NCBI GenBank assembly: GCA_965240325.2
Contig: OZ251225.1
Span: 1,426,001 to 1,490,000 of the forward strand
Length of the DNA stretch: 64,000 nt
Direction of reading: 5' to 3'
Source: Rebecca billardiae RCC1528
Lineage: Eukaryota; Protista; Haptophyta
Shown: positions 12,300-20,255 of the stretch, in pieces
How positions within the stretch are numbered: the stretch's first letter is position 1
Layout of the letters: each line of letters begins with the position of its first letter
Notes under the pieces: model-generated
What the model was told of the DNA's origin: nothing
Databases searched by the model: none
The model's input: only the letters and a program-made list of their open reading frames with translations
Translations under genes and position numbers: made by a program

Positions 12300-12725
12300 T
12301 GATTGGAGGGCGCGCGGGTCAGTTTGTTATGGGGAGGGTGTGAAAGACCGAGTACAGTTTACTAAGAATAAGAGACGCACACAGCTCAGGCAGGCGAGAT
12401 TAATTTGATGGTGGTTGGTAGCAACGGGCCATGATGATTGCGACGAAACTTAATGCACGAACGATTAGGAGGGGCGCGTGCGCAAAGTCAGTATAGTATC
12501 TTTCAGCAGTATTAGGGGGTAAAAGGCGCGGGTGTGAAAGACCGAACAACAACTAATCACTGATGACCGAGCAAGGGGGTTGAACCCCCTTGGACCGAGC
12601 AGCAACGGCCACGGGTCATGATTGCGACAAAACTTAACGCACGTACGATTAGGACGGGCACATGCACAAATTGTCGTCAGTTCCGTACCGTTCATCATGA
12701 TATTCGATTGAAGGGCGCGCGTATG
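12300..12725. repeat. Diverged ~180-190-bp tandem repeat
   Basis: gggtgtgaaagaccga at ~12336 and ~12530. gcaacgg..atgattgcgac.aaacttaa.gcacg.acgattagga at ~12421 and ~12602. gattg.agggcgcgcg at 12301 and ~12706. Confidence 0.7.
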
Positions 12726-12825
12726 AGATTCTAGATTCAATATGAGATTGCTATTGAGCTTGATCGAAGGATCGTTAGAACTGTTTAACCGCTTATTGCA
12801 CAATATGGCTGGGGCGGCGAGTAGT

Positions 12826-14108
12826 CCATGCGAGCCGCGCGGCGCAGCGCAGGTGGATCGCGCTTTGCAGCAGCTCAAGGCCGCGCTCAAGCTTTACGAT
12901 CGCGGTGCAGGCTATGCTCTGCCACCAACGCCGACTTCGTGTCGACGATCGGGCACTGCCGCCGACGAATCAGGAGACCCGCGTCGTCCTAACTGGTCCT
13001 GTGTCGTTAAATCATAGAATGAGTCTGTCTGTCCAGCATGGCCACGTGACCCGGACGATGCCCAGCGTCGCCACGAACACCGAGCCCGAGGGGACTTTCC
13101 CCGGCGAGCTGCGCTTCTCCGACCGCGCATTGTGTGACGGATCGAAGCGCACCGCCGCGGATGGCCTCTCGCGCTGGTGGACCATCACGCTTCCGGATGG
13201 CACGCGGCTGACGCACTCCAATTCCATCGCCAGCGGACGGCCACGCAGGAGGCTGGCTCTGCTTCTCCACAGGGAAAACCCGCCGGCCCCCGCCGGCGGC
13301 GCAAGGGAGGTCGTGGCGCGCCTTCTACTGCTCCCCCGCGGACCGCCCAGCACGCAGCGCGCACGCCGGCCTCGCCGGTGCGCCCGCCCGCCGCGCAGGG
13401 CTCGGACGCTGAGGCGCTGCCGGCGAACGACGAGCAGCAGCACTCTCAGAAGCGGAAGAAGAAGCCCCGGCGTGGGAAGCGCGGGCAACGGCGCGACGCC
13501 GAGGGCCGACGGATTCGTTCTCCATCGAGCCGTCGCTCCTCGACGCGCCGCGCCGTCAAGGAACGCCAGGCGCGCAAGGCGGCGCGCCTGGCACCGACCG
13601 CTGCACCCACGCCAGTCCCTGCTGCCCCGCTCCACGAGGACCGAGACTCGCCCCCGGGCGACGATTTGGACGACGAGGAGCTGCCGCAGCAGCGGACGAA
13701 GCGCACCCTGGACGACGCCGCAGCGCCAGCCGCCGCCAGCCAGCCAGCTGGCTCGAGCGGCAGGCGCGTACGCGACCGCCCGGGGAGCACGGGGCAGGCT
13801 CGACCAGCTGCTACTGTCAGCGGCTGAGACTGCCAGCTGACATCCGGACCTGCACCATCGCCCTCGCTCGGGGCACAGCAGGGCCATGCGAGCCGCGCAG
13901 CGCAGGTGGATCGCGCTCCAGCAGCTCAAGGCCGCGCTCAAGCAATCCGATCGCGGTGCAGGCTATGCTCTGCCACCAACGCCGACTTCGTGTCGACGTG
14001 ATCGGGCCACTCACACTGCCGGCGGTGACTGCCGCCGACGAATCAGGAGACCCGCGGCCGCGTCGTCCTACCTGTGTCGTTAAATCATAGAATGAGTCAG
14101 TGTCTGTC
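12826..14108. repeat. Pair of ~210-225-bp direct repeats (12826-13033 and 13884-14108) flanking an ~850-bp unique core
   Basis: Shared text ccatgcgagccgcgc...cagcagctcaaggccgcgctcaagc...gatcgcggtgcaggctatgctctgccaccaacgccgacttcgtgtcgacg...ctgtgtcgttaaatcatagaatgagtc, with small indels. Confidence 0.9.
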
Positions 14109-14246
14109 AGTGCCTGCTGCTGTCTTAGGACATGTAGCTACTGAGTTCGCGAGTCATCGCCAAGCTTCGTTTGCCTGAGCTGCTGCCACCAGCGCGTAAA
14201 GTGTGCGCTGATGGGCACCTCCTCGTCTGCGCACGGGCTGCGTCTC

Positions 14247-14541
14247 CTCATCCACTGAGTGCACGGCCTGCGCGGCGGCCGGGCCGCGGCGGGGTGGCGC
14301 GCACCGCCGGGGGGACGCACGCGCCGCGGGCCGAGATTAGTCCGGCCTCTTCGGCTCCGTGGCGAGCCCGCGGGGCGGACGAGCGGACTGCTGCGCGCCG
14401 CAGCAGGAGCAGCGCGCGGCGCGCAGCGCTCCGCGCGCAGCAGGGCCGTCTCATCCACCGAGTGCACTGCCTGCGCGGCGGCGGCGGCCGGCGCGCGCCG
14501 CCGGGGGGACGCACGCGCCGCGGGCCGAGATTAGTCCGGCC
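14247..14541. repeat. Duplicated ~95-bp GC-rich unit (14247-14347 and ~14450-14541)
   Basis: ctcatccac.gagtgcac.gcctgcgcggcggc...ccgccggggggacgcacgcgccgcgggccgagattagtccggcc occurs twice. Confidence 0.85.
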
Positions 14542-14934
14542 GCCGAGCCGCGGTGGCGGCGTCGGCGTGCGCGCCGGGCGAGGTGGGCGAGCTCGCGCGG
14601 CCCCAGGGGCTCAGCCGCTCAGCACGCCCGTGCACAGCGCCGACCGCGGTGGCGAGCGCGCACCGCTCGGCCGCGGTGGCAACCGCCTTTGTCGCGTCGT
14701 CGCGGCTGAGCGGTTGTTGGAAGCCGCGAGAGCCGTCGACCTCGGCTGCCGCGAGCGCCTCCTGCGGAGGCGCCGTCGCCGCTGCCGCTCTGACCGCGCC
14801 GCGCACGCCTGCGCCGCCTGCGCCGCCCACGCCGTCTGCGCCGCGAGCATCGTGCTCGTCGTCACGGCCGCGCCGACGTGAGCCGCGCCCGTGTCAGCCG
14901 CGCCGCGCGCGAGCGCGGGCGCGGCAGTGCGAGC

Positions 14935-14968
14935 ACCGCCGCCGCCACCACCACTGTCGTCAGCACCA

Positions 14969-15026
<58 letters not shown>

Positions 15027-15031
15027 AGTCA

Positions 15032-15073
<42 letters not shown>

Positions 15074-15105
15074 TCGCCGCCCGCGCCGCCGCCCGCGCCG
15101 CCGCC
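14935..15105. repeat. Long imperfect (GCC)n/(ACC)n microsatellite
   Basis: Continuous gccgccgcc/accgcc run. It produces the spurious polyP/polyG/polyA/polyR ORFs in the track. Confidence 0.9.
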
Positions 15106-15607
15106 CTCGCTCGGCGCGTGCGGCGCGCGCGGCGCGCGCGGCTCGCCGGGCGCGCGCGGCGCGCTGCCGCTCACTGCGAGCGGCGCTGCGCCTTGGCCAC
15201 CTGGCGGAGCGCGCGGTGCATCTGCGGGTTGATCGGCTTGCCCGCCGCCTTGCCCTGCACCGTGAGTGAGCGCGTGTACGTCGTGATGGCCGCCTCCTCC
15301 GCCGCCGTGTACCGCGCCTCCGGCAGCGACACGCGCCCAGCCAGACTCGCACGGTCACCGACTCGCGCTTGCGCCACGTCGCCGGGTTGCGCCGCGTGAC
15401 GTGCACCGCCTCCACCTCGATCACCGCCGCGTTGAACGACGCTCGGCCCCGCGAAGCTGTCCCGACTGCACTGGTTTTTGGTGAGCGACGAGGGCGGTTG
15501 ATTAAAAACAGGACAACGCTCCGCCCAAGGACTGGGCGGGCCGCCGCCGGACGGGTTACCGTAACGCCGAAAATTGGTTTCTTTGATGCTGTGATCGAAT
15601 GAAGATA

Positions 15608-15722
15608 GATAGCGATTACGGTTATCTCTGCTTCGGCCTGAGTACCCCATGATAGCGATTACGGTTATCTCTGCTTCGGCAAGAATCAGAACCACACGAG
15701 ATAATAGCGTTTACGGCGATCT
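15608..15722. repeat. 30-bp direct repeat x2 plus a degenerate third copy
   Basis: gatagcgattacggttatctctgcttcggc at 15608-15637 and 15651-15680; atagcgtttacggcgatctc at ~15704. Confidence 0.85.
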
Positions 15723-15989
15723 CGACTAGGTCGTAGCTCCCGTAGCTCCAATGAACGGTTTTGCTGGGATCCTTCTTCTAACAAGTTTTGGACTCGAAAC
15801 AATCAAACGTCGCTCGGCAAACTCGTACTTCAGCATACAAGAATGACAAAAATACTCACTTGTTTCACCCCCGGGGTATCTGATCCCACGTCCGTCCATC
15901 GACATACGGCGAATTGGCGGGCGCGCTTATTTCGTCAATGCGTCTTGCTAATGCAGAGCAATGGGCCAATGTACCCCTCGAAAAAGCGA

Positions 15990-16150
15990 AAACTCAGTAC
16001 TCACCCGCTCCAACGGCCCTTAAAATCGTCCCCCGTTCCCCTTTCTTTGATCAAAAGATCTTTTTGACAACGTAGTGAGGGCCCTCGGCGAGGGCTGCAC
16101 GCTACGCGCTCCGCCCTGCACCGCGGGCCATGACAGTAACTCTGCTAACT
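15990..16150. repeat. Dispersed structured repeat, copy 1 (homologous to 36900-37050)
   Basis: aaaactc...gccct.aaaatcg.ccccgt.cc.ttt.ttgatcaaa(a)gatctttttga.aacgt.gt...gggccc...ctccgccctgcaccgcgggccat...gctaact is shared by both sites. Confidence 0.8.
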
Positions 16151-16364
16151 TTACTCTTTGTAATGTCACTAGCTTGTAACTAACTAACGACAGTGGTGAG
16201 TGGATTGTGATCGGATGGCCGACCGCCCGACCGCGGCCCGGGAGGGCTCAGTGGATCACTCTCATCACTCACGCAAGGGCTGTACCAGTACCGTAGCGGG
16301 CGTCAATCTCGTCGCCTGCCTGAGCTGTGTGCGTCTCTTATTCTTAGTAAACTGTACCGCCGGA

Positions 16365-18333
16365 ATAACTCACTCGGTAGACCCACATGAGAGTAGATTG
16401 AGGTGGGGGCCGCGTTGATAAACGCGTGAGGTGACTAGGTCACACCCCCGAAGCCGTCCAGGATGCGACGCCGACCAGGAAGGACTCGCCGATGCATTCG
16501 AGCAACTACGCCGACAGAAGCCGATGACCGCCTAGACGCCGAAGAGGAAGTACTCGATGGAGCACGTAGACCGCAGGCGCTGGCAGCCGACGCCCCCCCC
16601 CAACGCAAGTTTGGGCAGAGCGCGGCGCCGCAGGAGGCAGAGGCCTCGAGGGCCTCCACCCCCCCGACACCGCGCGCACCCAAGGCCATGCCCACCCAGC
16701 AACCAGCAGGGTGGGAGGGCAGGGAGAAACAACTCCCAGAGGAGGAGCAGCCACCAGCGCAGCGGTGACCAGAGCAGCCACGCCGGCCGCCGCGCCGCGG
16801 GTGCAGCCAGCGAGCGCGGCCGCACCCAGACGCGCATCGCTTGCCAAGCTGCTGAGCCAATCCAGGCCCGCGCCCAATCCGGGCCTGGCTCGGCTTGACG
16901 ACCGGAAAACCTCCAGGCAGCCGGACCCTGGCTGCCAGCCCGCCCTCATGAGGGCTACCGGTGAGTTATACCCGCATAACCGAGCGGTTATACAACCATA
17001 ACTCACTCGATAGACCCACATGAGAGTAGATTGAGGTGGGGGCCGCGTTGATAAACGCGTGAGGTGACTAGGTCACACCCCCGAAGCCGTCCAGGATGCG
17101 ACGCCGACCAGGAAGGACTCGCCGATGCATTCGAGCAACTACGCCGACAGAAGCCGATGACCGCCTAGACGCCGAAGAGGAAGTACTCGATGGAGCACGT
17201 AGACCGCAGGCGCTGGCAGCCGACGCCCCCCCCCAACGCAAGTTTGGGCAGAGCGCGGCGCCGCAGGAGGCAGAGGCCTCGAGGGCCTCCACCCAGAAGG
17301 AGGTGTGGAATGCCACACCCCGCAGGGGTGGTGGCCGGGGGCCCGAAGAGGCCGAGGCCGCCGAAGGAGTAGCGCGAGGACCGAAGGCGGCAGAGGCCCA
17401 GAGGGGCTCCCCGCAGGGTTGTATGAGTAAGGACGATCCAGACGGCATGAGACAGTGGGCACGAAGACATGCGCGGCGGCGGCGGCGCAGGCGGGAAGCA
17501 GGCGCGAGACACGCACGCGTAGCGTCAGATAAGGTAGCAGGTCGCATCCCACACACAGCAGTGCACGGCAGACTGCAGAGGAGGCGGCAGAGAAGGAGAG
17601 AGCAGCACCCACCCGCCAGGCGATGAAGGCAAGCGAGACTGCGAAGCGTGAGAAGATTGCAGACGGGGACGCCTGGGAGCGGTTCCCAGGCGCCCCCATC
17701 GAAAGCAGAGCATGAGAAGATTGCAGACGGGGACGCCTCGAAGCGGTTCCGAGGCGCCCCCATCGAAAGCAGAGCATGAGAAGATTGCAGACGGGGACGC
17801 CTCGAAGCGGTTCCGAGGCGCCCCCATCGAAAGCAGAGCATGAGAAGATAGATTGCAGACGGGGACGCCTCGAAGCGGCTCCGAGGCGCCCCCATCGAAA
17901 GCAGATAGAGCATGAGAAGATTGCAGACGGGGACGCCTCGAAGCGGCTCCGAGGCGCCCCCATCGAAAGCAGAGAGCAAGCAGGGCAGGTGCACGAGTGG
18001 AGAGAGCGAGGGCTGAGGGCGGCCTACCGCCGACGCACACGCACCTGGAAGAAACACAACTCCCAGAGGAGGAGCAGCCACCAGCGCAGCGGTGACCAGA
18101 GCAGCCACGCCGGCCGCCGCGCCGCGGGTGCAGCCAGCGAGCGCGGCCGCACCCAGACGCGCATCGCTTGCCAAGCTGCTGAGCCAATCCAGGCCCGCGC
18201 CCAATCCGGGCCTGGCTCGGCTTGACGACCGGAAAACCTCCAGGCAGCCGGACCCTGGCTGCCAGCCCGCCCTCATGAGGGCTACCGGTGAGTTATACCC
18301 GCATAACCGAGCGGTTATACAACCCTAACTCAC
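16365..18333. mobile_element. Head-to-tail tandem of a non-coding element (unit 1 16365-16997, 633 bp; unit 2 16998-18324) with asymmetric sub-terminal inverted repeats and a 3' hairpin; Helentron/Helitron2 (HINE/DINE-1-like) architecture
   Basis: The units share nearly identical ~295-bp 5' and ~270-bp 3' arms with different middles. The 5' end ATAACTCACTCGGTAGACCCACATGAG is an imperfect inverted repeat of CTCATGAGGGCTACCGGTGAGTTAT (16945-16969). That is followed by the hairpin ATAACCGAGCGGTTAT (16976-16991). TAACTCAC recurs at 18326-18333. Confidence 0.65.
17649..17975 (-). repeat. Array of five ~64-bp tandem units, each containing a 17-bp-stem hairpin
   Basis: Units start at 17649, 17713, 17777, 17841 and 17913 (unit 4 carries two 4-nt insertions). 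Minus-strand hairpin: GATGGGGGCGCCTCGGA-ACCGC-TTCGAGGCGTCCCCGTC. Confidence 0.95.
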
Positions 18334-18344
18334 GGGCGCGAACG

Positions 18345-19844
18345 ATGGCGGAGCTGGCGGTCCTCCGCATGCTGGCCTGGTGCTCGCAGCCGGCGTTCGA
18401 GGCGGCGCTTTTTCTACGACGTGTGCGCGGGAGAGAGACGGCTCGATCGATTGGTGAGCGCCGCGCGCTCGCACCCGTCGCTCCACGGCCGCCCTCGTCC
18501 TGGCGAGGCAAGCCGGTCATCTGGTGCCACGGCGCCTCGCTCGGCGAGAGCATTGCCGTGCTGCCGCTCGCGCGCGCGTTGCTCGAGCAGTGCGCGGAGC
18601 GGCGAGTGCTCATCACGACGGGCACGCTTACAGCGCGCAAATGGCTTGGCGACGTTGTGTGCGCGGGCTCAGTCGAGGGCTTGCCTTCGGCGCGCGTTGC
18701 GACGAGCCTCGTGCCGTACGACGCGCGCGCGACCGTCGAGCGCTTCCTGCGCACGTGGCGGCCGAGCTGCGCCATCCTGGTCGAATCTGAGGTGTGGCCC
18801 GCGCTGGTGTGCTCAACGGCCGCCCACGGCGTGCCGCTCGCCCTCGTCAACGGCCGCATGTCCGCTCGGTCGCACGCGCGCTGGCGCTCGGCAGTCGCAG
18901 CTCCGATCGCGCGCTCGCTCTTTGGCCAGCTCGCAGTTGTGTCTGCGCAGTGCGCGGAGCAACGCACGCGCTTCGCGCTCCTGGGCGCGCACGCGCCCGC
19001 CGCGGCCACGGCCAACCTCAAGTGGGCCGATCCGCGGCTCCCGCGCCCAAGTGCCGAAGCGGTGGGGGCGCTCGAGCGCGCGCTCGACCTCGCTACGGTC
19101 GGGATCGCGCCGCGCGCGCGCTGGCTGGCGCTGTCGACGCACAGCGGCGAGGACGAGATGGTCGCCGACGCGCACGTGAGCGCAGCGCGCCAGGGCGCGC
19201 GCTCGGGAGTGAAGCTTCTCACCATCGTGATCCCGCGCCATGCGGACAGCCCCGAGCGCATCGCCGAGGCCGAGCGCGCGTTTGCCGAGCGCGGTCTCAC
19301 CGTCGTGAAGCACTCGACGCGCGCGCGGCCGAGCGGCACACGCGACGGGTCGGGCGGCGCCATGGCCGCCACTGGTGCGTCGCGGCCGGCCGACGTGTAC
19401 CTCTGCGACGCGATCGGCGAGGTGGGCGTATTCTTGCAGCTCGTGCGCGCGGTGCTTGTCTGCGGCTCTCTCGTCCGCGGCCCGGGCGGGCACAATGTCC
19501 TCGAGCCGATGCGCGCGGGCTGCGCGACGCTCGTTGGCCCGCACGCGCACGCGATCGACGCGACGCTCGACGCGGCGGTGGCCGTGGCGCCTGGGGCCGT
19601 GATTCGGCTGCGCAGCACCGAAGAGCTGGCGCCGTGGCTCGAGCGCCTCGTTGTGCGCGCGGCGGCGCCAGACGATGCGGGTTCGGCTGCCGCGGAGCTG
19701 GCGGGCAGGGGGCGCGCGGCCTTCCGGGCGGCCCGAGCGCTCGAGGATGGCGCACTGCGCACAGTCGTCCAAGCCTTGGCATGCGCGCTGCCGATGCCAA
19801 GGGCCGAGCAGGCGTCGTCGCAGCGCGGGCGATGCCAACCTTGA
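18345..19844 (+). CDS. kdtA: 3-deoxy-D-manno-octulosonic acid (Kdo) transferase, GT30 (WaaA/KdtA)
   Basis: RGRETARSIGER, IWCHGASLGE, LITTGTLT, VPYD...VERFLRTWRP...LVESEVWP, LVNGRMSARS, ANLKW, STHSGED, IVIPRH, DAIGE, GSL...GGHNVLEP: the complete WaaA motif series. No introns. Confidence 0.93.
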   Translation: MAELAVLRMLAWCSQPAFEAALFLRRVRGRETARSIGERRALAPVAPRPPSSWRGKPVIWCHGASLGESIAVLPLARALLEQCAERRVLITTGTLTARKWLGDVVCAGSVEGLPSARVATSLVPYDARATVERFLRTWRPSCAILVESEVWPALVCSTAAHGVPLALVNGRMSARSHARWRSAVAAPIARSLFGQLAVVSAQCAEQRTRFALLGAHAPAAATANLKWADPRLPRPSAEAVGALERALDLATVGIAPRARWLALSTHSGEDEMVADAHVSAARQGARSGVKLLTIVIPRHADSPERIAEAERAFAERGLTVVKHSTRARPSGTRDGSGGAMAATGASRPADVYLCDAIGEVGVFLQLVRAVLVCGSLVRGPGGHNVLEPMRAGCATLVGPHAHAIDATLDAAVAVAPGAVIRLRSTEELAPWLERLVVRAAAPDDAGSAAAELAGRGRAAFRAARALEDGALRTVVQALACALPMPRAEQASSQRGRCQP

Positions 19845-20255
19845 GCGCGTCACCGCGCGTGTGGCTCGGGCTGGCACGGCGGCGGTGCTGCCCGTGCGAC
19901 TGGAGTTCCGCACACTCGAGCACGCCTGACGCAGCACGTGATGATGGCAACTTCTCATTGACTCCAGCACTGCCTGACGACGTTACTACTGTCCGCTGTA
20001 ATACATGTGTAGTATCAAATCGTCGACTACAATTTAAAGTACTGCTGCTGTTTGTTCAGCAGCACGAGGCACACGATCACCCGGAGGCCGGAGCCCGCCG
20101 ATAGAGGGCGGGAAAAAAAAAAAACCGCTGGCCGCGCTTTCCGCTTGGAACCAAGGGCTTGATGGAACGGTCATTGCGGGCTTTGGACAGGCCCTCTTGA
20201 GAAGAGTTGCTCCGCCCCGGTCAATCGCCGCGAGCGGGCGGACGCTTTTGGCTTC

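Larger units (their letters stand above)
12355..16354. mobile_element. Putative non-autonomous Tc1/mariner-pogo-type segment bounded by perfect 43-bp inverted repeats, with TA flanks
   Basis: Left end TA|CAGTTTACTAAGAATAAGAGACGCACACAGCTCAGGCAGGCGA (12355-12397). Its exact reverse complement is at 16312-16354, followed by TA. CAGT termini plus TA flanks are the Tc1/mariner hallmark. No intact transposase ORF lies inside. Confidence 0.6.

Noticed and set aside
14611-15399. PolyP/polyG/polyA/polyR ORFs
   Set aside because: Translations of a (GCC)n microsatellite.
15608-15722. 30-bp direct repeats with short unique spacers, superficially CRISPR-like
   Set aside because: Only two good copies, spacers of 13 and ~23 nt, no cas genes, and a eukaryotic context.
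17649-17975. Hairpin repeat array as a CRISPR or hammerhead ribozyme array
   Set aside because: The linkers are invariant, so there are no spacers. The hammerhead core CUGAnGA...GAAA with three stems could not be assembled on either strand by eye.
16435-18328. ORFs within the tandem element (e.g. 17068-18276)
   Set aside because: Repeat-derived translations with no transposase, Rep or RT motifs.
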